From the NCBI GenBank assembly GCA_025358615.1, contig JANYIY010000210.1:3927-67926 (forward strand): 64,000 nt of DNA, in the 5' to 3' direction. Shown one piece after another: positions 56,718-64,000 of this stretch (positions are counted from its first letter, which is position 1; the number at the start of each line of letters is the position of its first letter). A program made the position numbers and the translations under genes. Under the pieces are notes generated by a model. That model worked only from the letters and a program-made list of their open reading frames with translations. It searched no databases and was not told the origin of the DNA. Source of the DNA: Gammaproteobacteria bacterium. Lineage in GTDB: Bacteria > Pseudomonadota > Gammaproteobacteria > Steroidobacterales > Steroidobacteraceae.

Positions 56718-59090
56718 TTGAGCACACTTACCAGCGCAGCGCGCTATACGCTTGCCGTCGTTCTGGCCCTCGCCGGCTTCTCGGTCCATGCCCAATCAAC
56801 GGCTTCCTCCGGGGCTCTCGAAGAAATCGTGGTGACCGCGCAAAAGCGCGAGCAGAATTCCCAGGACATCGGCATTTCGCTGTCGGCCATCACCGGGGCT
56901 GACCTCAGTTCCTTGGGTGCCGCGACCGCCACCGACATCACCAAGTCCATGCCAGCCGTGGTTCTCACCCAGCCAAATGGCCCATCCTCGTTCAGTCTGG
57001 CGATTCGCGGCGTGACGCAAAATGACTTCGCCGACCACCAGGAAAGCCCGGCCGCCATTTACGTCGATGACGTGTACGTCAGCCAGATGGCGGGGCTGGC
57101 GTTCTCCCTGTTCGACGTCGACCGGGTTGAAGTGCTGCGCGGCCCGCAAGGCACGCTGTTCGGCCGTAACGCCACGGGCGGTCTCGCCAACTTCGTCACC
57201 AACCGGCCCACCGATGAGCTGGGCGGCTACGTCAATACCACCTTTGGCCAGCGCAACCTGCTGCGGGTCGAGGGCGCGGTAAACGTCCCGCTGACCGACG
57301 CCATCGATTCGCGCCTGTCGTTCGAGACCAATCACCACGATCCTTTGTTCACCAATGTCGCCGGCGGCGCCAGCGACGCCGAGAATGGCAACGACTATGC
57401 ATTGCGCGGCCAGCTGCTGTTCAAACTGCCGAATACCGCGCAATTGCTGCTGAACGCGCGCGCCAGCCGGGAAAACGTCAGCGCCGGCTCCTGGGAAGAA
57501 TACGCGACGCAAGGCGTGGGCAATGGCTTGGATGTGTTTGTCGGCCCAAATGAAAACCCCTACGGCACCTGCCCGGGCTGCAATGCCACCGGTGTGCCGA
57601 ACAGCGGGCCGTTCACCATTCGTGACAACATCAGCGGCTACGCCAAACTCTCGACCAGCGGCTTCACAGCCAAGTACACCCAGAATTTGAGCGGCGCCAC
57701 ACTCACCGTCATCGGCGACTACTCGCATCTGCAGAAGGACTACCAGGAAGACTCCGACTCCTCGCCGTTCACTTTGTTCGAATTCTTCAATGGCAGCCGC
57801 GTCAATCAACAGTCGATCGAGGCGCGCCTGAACGGCGGCGACGAAAAATTCAATTGGACCGCGGGAGTGTATGGCCTGCGGATCTCCGGCGACTACTACG
57901 AAGGCTGGATTGGGCCGTCGTACTTCACGGCCCAGGAGTTCAACAACACTACGAACCCCAACAACGGCTACGGCATTCCGGGACCGTGGCCCTATGGTCA
58001 ATTTCCCTACTGGACCACGGGCGGGGTTCCGGGTCCGAACGGCGGCATACCGGAAACCAAATCGCCGTACAATCTGTTGACCAAATCCTATGCGGTTTTT
58101 GGCCAGCTCGAGTACCGCGCCAGCGATCTCATCGGCTTCACGGTGGGCGCGCGCTTCACCGGCGACAAGAAGGACTATAATTTCGCCTGGTATCCGTACG
58201 AGTACTTCCCGACCGCCACTAGCAACCAAATTCAAGTGCTGACTCCGCCCGACGGCAGCACGCTTACCAGCTACCACGGGAACCGTTCCGACCACCTCTA
58301 CAGCGGCAAGGCCCAGATGGACCTGCACCTTTCGAAGGACATGCTGGCCTATGTAAGCTACAACCGCGGCGTCAAGGGCGGCGGGTTCAACGCTCCCTTG
58401 TTTCCGGTGTTCATCAACGACTTGAACACGCTCTCCTTCAAGCCCGAGACGCTCACCTCCTACGAAGTGGGTTTTAAGTCGGAATTCCTGGAGCACACCC
58501 TGCGCTTCAATGCCGCCGCCTACTACTACGATTACAAGGACTACCAGGCGCTGATTTACACCCTGGGCCTCGAACAGCTGATCGTCAACGCCGATGCCAA
58601 GCACAAGGGCGCGGAAGCTGAGATCGATTGGGCACCGAGCGCTGAATGGCGCTTCGGTGCGGGCGTGGCCTACGTCGATGCGGTAGTGGAAAACGTGGGC
58701 GCACGCTGCTGCACGGCGGGTGGCGAACGCATCATCGGCAATTACACTCCGGGCAATGCGCCGCGTTGGACGGGCAATGCCATGGCACGCTATACGCTGC
58801 CTGTTGGGTCCGGGCACCTCGCCCTGCAGATCGATGGCAACTATCTGTCGAGGTTCTGGTTCAATCTGTCGGACGTGCCGGTGGTGGAACAGACCGGCTT
58901 TGGAGTGGGCAACGTTCGGGCCAACTACTCGTTCCTGGGCGACAAGCTCGAAGTCGGCGCCTCGGTAGAAAACGTCGCCAACAAGCACTACGGAGTCATG
59001 GGCTTCGACAACACTTCCATCAACGGCATGGCCCAGGTATACCCGGGCATGCAGCGCTGGTTCAAGATGCACGTGAACTATAAGTTTTAA
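56718..59090 (+). CDS. TonB-dependent outer-membrane receptor
   Basis: TTG 56718 with AGGGGA 7 nt upstream, then the signal peptide LSTLTSAARYTLAVVLALAGFSVHAQS. Plug region LEEIVVTAQKREQNSQDIGISLSAI and C-terminal FKMHVNYKF. The longest ORF starts at 56643. Confidence 0.9.
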   Translation: MSTLTSAARYTLAVVLALAGFSVHAQSTASSGALEEIVVTAQKREQNSQDIGISLSAITGADLSSLGAATATDITKSMPAVVLTQPNGPSSFSLAIRGVTQNDFADHQESPAAIYVDDVYVSQMAGLAFSLFDVDRVEVLRGPQGTLFGRNATGGLANFVTNRPTDELGGYVNTTFGQRNLLRVEGAVNVPLTDAIDSRLSFETNHHDPLFTNVAGGASDAENGNDYALRGQLLFKLPNTAQLLLNARASRENVSAGSWEEYATQGVGNGLDVFVGPNENPYGTCPGCNATGVPNSGPFTIRDNISGYAKLSTSGFTAKYTQNLSGATLTVIGDYSHLQKDYQEDSDSSPFTLFEFFNGSRVNQQSIEARLNGGDEKFNWTAGVYGLRISGDYYEGWIGPSYFTAQEFNNTTNPNNGYGIPGPWPYGQFPYWTTGGVPGPNGGIPETKSPYNLLTKSYAVFGQLEYRASDLIGFTVGARFTGDKKDYNFAWYPYEYFPTATSNQIQVLTPPDGSTLTSYHGNRSDHLYSGKAQMDLHLSKDMLAYVSYNRGVKGGGFNAPLFPVFINDLNTLSFKPETLTSYEVGFKSEFLEHTLRFNAAAYYYDYKDYQALIYTLGLEQLIVNADAKHKGAEAEIDWAPSAEWRFGAGVAYVDAVVENVGARCCTAGGERIIGNYTPGNAPRWTGNAMARYTLPVGSGHLALQIDGNYLSRFWFNLSDVPVVEQTGFGVGNVRANYSFLGDKLEVGASVENVANKHYGVMGFDNTSINGMAQVYPGMQRWFKMHVNYKF

Positions 59091-59093
59091 GCC

Positions 59094-60347
59094 ATGAAAG
59101 CCTTAATCGCATCGATATTGTTCGCGCTCGCGGCGCCGCTGTGCGCCCAGGTGGTGGCGATACGCGCCGGGACGGTCATAGACCCGGCGAATGGCAGCAG
59201 CGCCAAGGACCAGATCATCCTGGTGGAGAAGGGCAAGATCCTGAGCATCGGCGCCGGCATCTCCATCCCCGCCGGCGCCGAGGTCATCGATCTCTCGCAC
59301 CAGTGGGTAACGCCCGGTCTGATCGATGCGCATACGCACATGACGCTGACCGAAATCGCCGGCGATGCACCGTTCGAGTCCTTCTACTTGAACCAGAGTT
59401 CGACCCTGCGCGGCCTGCGGGGCCTGCACAACGCCACCGAGGTGCTGCACGGTGGATTCACCACGCTGCGCGATGTCGGCAACAGTGCCGAGTGGGCGAT
59501 GAGCGATGTGCGCCGTGCCATAGACTCAGGCTGGTTCGTGGGTCCCACCATCATCGATTCCGGCAAGATCATTGCGCCCTTCGGCGGCCAGTCGCGCGAC
59601 ATACCGCCGCGCCAGGGCCCATTCTGGCAATTCGAGTACATCGACGCGGACGGCCCGGCTGAAATTCGCAAGGCGGTACGAACCAACATCTATTACGGCG
59701 CGGGCGTGATCAAGCTGGTCGCAGACAACAACCCCTACCACTATTCCATCGAAGAATTTCGCGCCGCGGTTGACGAGGCGCATCGTGCCGGCATCCCGGT
59801 AGCCGTGCATGTGTACGCCGGCGATGCGCTCGACAATGCCATCGAGGCCGGGGTGGATTCCATCGAACACGGCTTCGATCTCACCGACGCGCAGCTGCGA
59901 CGCATGAAGGCCAAGGGCATCTTTCTGGTCGGCACCGACTTCCCGCGGGCGCACCTCGATATCGTCGGCACCTCCGGCGGCATCCTGCCCGAGCCCGCCG
60001 TGCTCGCGCCCAAGATCATCGATCGGCTCAAGCGCGCCCATCAAATCGGCGTGCGTATGGCCTTCGGCAGCGATACGGTCATCGACATGCCGGGACGAAC
60101 CCGCGCCGATCTCATGTTCGACTATCTCGCGGTGTGGCGCGCCGCGGGTGTTCCACCGGCGGATATTCTGCGCGCCATGACCAGCGATGCAGCCGAGCTG
60201 CTGCGCATCAACAAGGTTCGCGGCAACATCAGCGCGGGGTTAAGCGCGGACCTGGTCGCGACACCCGGCAATCCGCTCGATGACATCGAAAATTTACGCA
60301 AGATCGATTTCGTCATGAAGGACGGCAAGGTCGTGCGGCGGCCCTAG
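59094..60347 (+). CDS. secreted amidohydrolase-family protein (imidazolonepropionase / prolidase-related)
   Basis: Signal peptide MKALIASILFALAAPLCAQ and metal motif PGLIDAHTHM. It starts 4 nt after the receptor stop. Confidence 0.8.
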   Translation: MKALIASILFALAAPLCAQVVAIRAGTVIDPANGSSAKDQIILVEKGKILSIGAGISIPAGAEVIDLSHQWVTPGLIDAHTHMTLTEIAGDAPFESFYLNQSSTLRGLRGLHNATEVLHGGFTTLRDVGNSAEWAMSDVRRAIDSGWFVGPTIIDSGKIIAPFGGQSRDIPPRQGPFWQFEYIDADGPAEIRKAVRTNIYYGAGVIKLVADNNPYHYSIEEFRAAVDEAHRAGIPVAVHVYAGDALDNAIEAGVDSIEHGFDLTDAQLRRMKAKGIFLVGTDFPRAHLDIVGTSGGILPEPAVLAPKIIDRLKRAHQIGVRMAFGSDTVIDMPGRTRADLMFDYLAVWRAAGVPPADILRAMTSDAAELLRINKVRGNISAGLSADLVATPGNPLDDIENLRKIDFVMKDGKVVRRP

Positions 60348-60363
60348 CCGACAACCGGCGCGA

Positions 60364-61704
60364 TTAGTCGATGGCGATGGCGAACGGCTTGGTTCCCGTC
60401 GCCACGGTAGGCGCGCTCAACGCCGTGAGCGAACCGTCCGCCCCGATGGCGTATTGCGACACCGTTCCGTCACTGATATTCGTTACGTAGGCGAATTCAC
60501 CGGCCCGGTCTAAGGCGATCCACGACGGTCCGTTACCCGTCGGCACGGTCGCGGCTGCCATGGGCGTGAGCAATCCGCCGGTGCCGATAGTGAACTGTGA
60601 GATTGTGCCTGCACCGAGTAACGAATTATTTGCGACGTAGGCATTTCCCCCAGAGGGATTTACAGCGATGTATACCGGTTGCACGCCCGTCGGTGCTGTA
60701 GCAGGGTTTTGCGCCGCCAGCGCTCCGGTAGTACCGATGCTGTATTGCGAAACGGTGTTGCTTTGCAGGTTCGCCACGTAAACGTGTTTGCTTGCGGGGT
60801 CGACGGCAACGCCGGTCGGCTGTACGCCTGAGGCAACGACAGCCGGGTTAAGTGCTGTCAATGCACCGGTCATGCCGATTGAAAACTGCGACACATTCCT
60901 ATCGAGGCTATTGCCGACGTAGGCGTACTTCCCAGCCGCCTCGACGGTGATGCCCCAGGGCTGATTTCCCGTCGCAACGGTCGCTGGCGTCATCGGGCTC
61001 AATGCACCGCCGGTGCCGATGGTGTACTGCGAAATGGTTTGGTCGGCGTCGTTAACCACATACGCGTAGGCTCCGGTCGGGTCGATTCCTACTGCCGAGG
61101 GCGCGGTGCCGGTCGCGACGGTGGCTGGCATCATTGGCGTCAGCACGCCGTTGGTGCCAATCGTGTACTGCGAAACCGAATTTGCGGTCTTGTTGGACAC
61201 ATATGCGTATCGCCCTTTCGGATCCACAGTGATGGACTGCGGCGAGGCGCCCGTTGGCACAGTCGCGGGGTTCATCGCAACCAGCACGCCGGTCGCGCTG
61301 ATCGTGTACTCGGAAACGGTGCCGTCACCATTGTTGACCACGTAGGCGTATTGCGCGGGAGCTGCGCAAGACACGTTGACGTTAGTCACATTAGCCATGA
61401 CATTTGCACCGCCGGCGTTCGCGACCGTGCAAGTCTGGCCTGTCGGCTGCATCGACACGGTTACGGCGTAGCTGCCGCCGCTCGTCACCGGGGTCTTGAA
61501 CGTGTACGCGCCGTTGGCGGTCAAGGACAGCGAAGCCGCGCCGTTATTGGCGAGCACCACCGTTTGTCCTGACCCGAGACCGGAAAGCGAGCCGCCGAGG
61601 GTGAACGTGCCGGGCGTAAAGCCGCCGCCACCTCCGCCGCCGCAGGCGGCAAGACTTAAGCCTGCGAGAGCCATGATCGGGACAATCCAAGTGCGTCGTG
61701 TCAT
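60364..61704 (-). CDS. lipoprotein with an Ig-like N-domain and a 7-bladed lactonase-type beta-propeller
   Basis: The start is placed at MTRRTWIVPIMALAGLSLAACGGGGGG (lipobox LAAC). About seven repeats of about 48 aa follow, of the form YAYVxNxxxxTVSQYTIGxxGxLxxxxPATVATGxxPxxIxVDPxG. Confidence 0.7.
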   Translation of the reverse strand: MTRRTWIVPIMALAGLSLAACGGGGGGGFTPGTFTLGGSLSGLGSGQTVVLANNGAASLSLTANGAYTFKTPVTSGGSYAVTVSMQPTGQTCTVANAGGANVMANVTNVNVSCAAPAQYAYVVNNGDGTVSEYTISATGVLVAMNPATVPTGASPQSITVDPKGRYAYVSNKTANSVSQYTIGTNGVLTPMMPATVATGTAPSAVGIDPTGAYAYVVNDADQTISQYTIGTGGALSPMTPATVATGNQPWGITVEAAGKYAYVGNSLDRNVSQFSIGMTGALTALNPAVVASGVQPTGVAVDPASKHVYVANLQSNTVSQYSIGTTGALAAQNPATAPTGVQPVYIAVNPSGGNAYVANNSLLGAGTISQFTIGTGGLLTPMAAATVPTGNGPSWIALDRAGEFAYVTNISDGTVSQYAIGADGSLTALSAPTVATGTKPFAIAID

Positions 61705-61720
61705 CGTGGCAACTCCAATG

Positions 61721-62833
61721 TCAGAGAGCGAGCGGCGCCACCTCGCGCGTCCAGCCGAACGGATCGGCAGCACGCCGTTCTTGAATGGCCAGCAAGGCCT
61801 CGCGCAACTGCGCCGCGACCGCGTCGATTTTATTCGGCACATACTCGCGCCGATCGCGGTCGGTCAGCTGTCCGATGGGACTCAAGATGGCAGCGGTACC
61901 GCAGGCAAACACCTCCGTGCACTCGCCGCTTAAGATTTGCGCCAACAGTTCATCGATCGCCATGGCGCGTTCGTGCACCACAAGTCCCAGGTGGCGGGCG
62001 AGAGTGATCAGTGAGTCGCGCGTGACGCCCGGCAGGATGGCGCCATCGAGCGCCGGTGTGTGCAATTCGCCGCCGATGACGGCGAACAGATTCATGCCCG
62101 ACAGCTCCTGAATAAAGCGCTGCTCGCGGGCGTCGAGCCATAGCGCCACCGTCAGTCCGCGCGCCACCGCAGCATTCGAAGCGCGCAGCGAAGCCGCGTA
62201 GTTCGCGGCCGCTTTGGCGGTGCCGACCCCACCCACTGCGGCGCGCACATCGTCGCGCTCGATGGCCACGCGCATGGGCCCCGATGAATAAATCTCCACC
62301 GGATTGGCGATCACCATGAAGCGAAAAGTGGTGGAATTGCGCAGCAAATAGCCGGCCTCGGTGCCGAACAGAAACGGCCGCAGGTACAGCGAGCGTCCCG
62401 ACTCCTGCGGTATGCAGCGGTGACAGGCACCCACGATCGCCTCGACGGCCTCGAAGAACAGCGCCTCGGAAACCACCGGCATCGATAGCCGCTCCGCCGA
62501 GCGCTTAAGGCGCTGCCAATTCTCCCGCGGACGAAACAGGCTGGGGCCGGCCGCGCCAACCTTGTATGCCTTCAATCCCTCGAACACGAGTTCCGCGTAT
62601 TGCAACGCCCGCGCGCCCGGCAGAATCTCTATCGGCCCATAAGGAACGAGTTCGCCACGGCCCCAGGCACCGTCGGTCCATACAGCCGAGAACATGACGG
62701 GGGCGGCCACGAGGCCGAAGCCCAGCTTGTCCGGCGCCTTGAAATTGCGCAGCGCAGCGCTGACGCCGAGCGCCACATCGAAGCCCGCGGCTGCCTTGGC
62801 GGCGCCGGCCACCTCAGCGACGGAGGTATGCAT
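61721..62833 (-). CDS. branched-chain-amino-acid aminotransferase (fold type IV PLP enzyme)
   Basis: LQYAELVFEGLKAYK (PLP-Lys context), YLRPFLFGTE, and C-terminal GTAAILSPIG. The start at ATG 62833 is tentative and overlaps the cupin gene by 20 bp. Confidence 0.75.
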   Translation of the reverse strand: MHTSVAEVAGAAKAAAGFDVALGVSAALRNFKAPDKLGFGLVAAPVMFSAVWTDGAWGRGELVPYGPIEILPGARALQYAELVFEGLKAYKVGAAGPSLFRPRENWQRLKRSAERLSMPVVSEALFFEAVEAIVGACHRCIPQESGRSLYLRPFLFGTEAGYLLRNSTTFRFMVIANPVEIYSSGPMRVAIERDDVRAAVGGVGTAKAAANYAASLRASNAAVARGLTVALWLDAREQRFIQELSGMNLFAVIGGELHTPALDGAILPGVTRDSLITLARHLGLVVHERAMAIDELLAQILSGECTEVFACGTAAILSPIGQLTDRDRREYVPNKIDAVAAQLREALLAIQERRAADPFGWTREVAPLAL

Positions 62834-63212
62834 CGGTGCCCGCCAGCCAGTCCTGACGCGGTGGGTTGAACACATCGACGTCCAGGGTATCTTCCAGCGC
62901 CAGCGCGCTGTGCGGCAGGTATGAAGGAATGACCAGCACTTCGCCGGCACGCACGATGACTTCACGCTCGCCGTTCGCGCCCAGCTTGAACAACAAAGCT
63001 CCCTCGAGAATGTAGGTGATCTGCTCGTTCTCGTGGGAATGGCGCGGCACATCGTCGCCCTTGTCGAAATGCACGTGCGCGATCATCATCCGATCGCTGG
63101 TGATCAGTTTTCGGGTGAGTCCGCCTTTCAATTTCTCAGGCGTAAGGTCGTTCCAGCGAACATGTTTGGCGTTCGCGGCGTCTATGGACTTGATTGCTGC
63201 TGCGGTATTCAT
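62814..63212 (-). CDS. cupin-domain protein
   Basis: Cupin motifs GDDVPRHSHENEQITYILEG and GEVLVIPSYLPH. Confidence 0.7.
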   Translation of the reverse strand: MNTAAAIKSIDAANAKHVRWNDLTPEKLKGGLTRKLITSDRMMIAHVHFDKGDDVPRHSHENEQITYILEGALLFKLGANGEREVIVRAGEVLVIPSYLPHSALALEDTLDVDVFNPPRQDWLAGTDAYLRR

Positions 63213-63227
63213 TGCACCTTCCTCGAA

Positions 63228-63647
63228 TTAACGGAATTTGTCATCGATCTGCAAATCGAACGCCACTGCGTGCCGATTCGTCTCGTTGGCGAGCCCGATG
63301 ACGGCCACGAGCTCGGAATACTGTTCGGGCGTCATCCCCTTCTTGCGGGCCGCCGCACCGTGGGATGCAATGCAATAGTGGCAGGCGTTGGTCACGCTGA
63401 CCGCCATATAAATGAGTTCCTTGGTCAGCGGATCGAGCGCACCCGCCCCCATGACCTCTTTGGAATTGGCCCACATCCGCCGCAGGCTGGGCGGGTGGTG
63501 CGCCAGTACCTTCCAGTAATTGTTGACCCAGTCCGTTTTGCGCGTCGCCATGATGTCATCGTAAACCGCGCGCACTTCGGGCGACGCGTCCCCATACTCG
63601 ATGGGAACCCGCGTTGCGGAGCCCTGCGGCGCGTCAGCCTTGCTCAT
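63228..63647 (-). CDS. carboxymuconolactone decarboxylase (AhpD-like) family protein
   Basis: CxxC-type motif VTNACHYCIASH. The start at ATG 63647 forms ATGA with the upstream gene's stop. The longest ORF reaches 63713. Confidence 0.7.
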   Translation of the reverse strand: MSKADAPQGSATRVPIEYGDASPEVRAVYDDIMATRKTDWVNNYWKVLAHHPPSLRRMWANSKEVMGAGALDPLTKELIYMAVSVTNACHYCIASHGAAARKKGMTPEQYSELVAVIGLANETNRHAVAFDLQIDDKFR

Positions 63648-64000
63648 GGCACCACCGCAATCACGCGCGCCGGAAAGCCCGAGCCATTTTCCACCTTCGG
63701 AAACGTGACCCACACCAGCGCGCCCGCCTCGGGCACTTGGTCGAGATTGGCGAGCAGTTCAACCTGGTAGTGATTGGTCCCGAGGATGTAGGACTCGAGC
63801 GAATAATCGTCCTTGGTCGTGGCGAGACCCGGATCCGTATCCGTGGTCTCGTGACCGGAGGCTGTGATGCCGCGCTCTTCGTAGAGCAGCTTCAACACCG
63901 GCAAGCTCCAGCCCGGATAATGGAATACACCGGCGGCATCCTTGTTGGCGAGCGCATTATCGTCGGGCCAACGCTTGGACCAGTCCGTGCGCATGGCCAC
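63644..64000 (-). CDS. putative cyclase / arylformamidase-family protein, C-terminal part only (5' end outside the window)
   Basis: The frame is open to the window edge. GWSLPVLKLLYEERGITASGHETTDTDPG and YQVELLANLDQVPEAGALVWVTFPKVENGSGFPARVIAV resemble the C-terminal half of cyclase-family proteins. Confidence 0.45.
   Translation of the reverse strand: MAMRTDWSKRWPDDNALANKDAAGVFHYPGWSLPVLKLLYEERGITASGHETTDTDPGLATTKDDYSLESYILGTNHYQVELLANLDQVPEAGALVWVTFPKVENGSGFPARVIAVVP

Noticed and set aside
56796-59072. 758-aa minus-strand ORF
   Set aside because: It is antisense to the third TonB-dependent receptor, for the same reasons as above. Many other 60-250-aa track ORFs that overlap the called genes in other frames were rejected on the same grounds.

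Overview
GC-rich proteobacterial chromosomal DNA. It is densely coded, and I saw no IS element, integrase, prophage or CRISPR array. All family calls come from motifs read by eye in the supplied translations; no search was run.

Layout:
- 1-4.1 kb: the end of a Bat-type (vWA/TPR, BatD, TPR-SH3) envelope operon.
- 4-15 kb: mixed envelope and housekeeping genes (DUF2891, DUF5996, a YHS-domain protein, an O-methyltransferase, a lipoprotein, a DUF4412-like protein, DsbA, an SRAP homologue, an N-formylglutamate amidohydrolase-family gene, GST).
- 15.1-17.0 kb: a hipBA toxin-antitoxin module behind an AT-rich operator region.
- 17.0-19.7 kb: an ECF sigma / anti-sigma operon.
- 20.8-34.7 kb: about 14 kb of head-to-tail minus-strand genes. 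These are the complete quinohemoprotein amine dehydrogenase locus (qhpG-A-D-C-B-F-E) preceded by an aldehyde dehydrogenase, a TonB-dependent receptor and an acyl-CoA ligase.
- 34.9-39.9 kb: a LuxR-type response regulator, then a translationally coupled acyl-CoA synthetase / FIST / hybrid histidine kinase operon.
- 39.9-41.8 kb: a RIO1-like kinase and an arylamine N-acetyltransferase.
- 42.1-49.6 kb: a gamma-glutamylation-type amine or amino-alcohol catabolic operon.
- 49.6-60.3 kb: tRNA-Gly(CCC), then two TonB-dependent receptors interleaved with a frameshifted amidase and two amidohydrolases.
- 60.4-64.0 kb: a beta-propeller lipoprotein, then an aminotransferase / cupin / CMD / cyclase cluster that runs off the window.

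The dominant theme is amine and amide catabolism. The radical-SAM, small Cys-rich peptide, protease and ABC exporter genes look like a RiPP cluster, but they are the known QHNDH maturation system. The less explained items are:
- the extended context of the QHNDH locus
- the FIST sensor operon
- the gamma-glutamyl operon with an ACAD-fold flavoprotein
- an SRAP homologue with all three catalytic residues replaced
- an anti-sigma-like protein with extracytoplasmic ankyrin repeats
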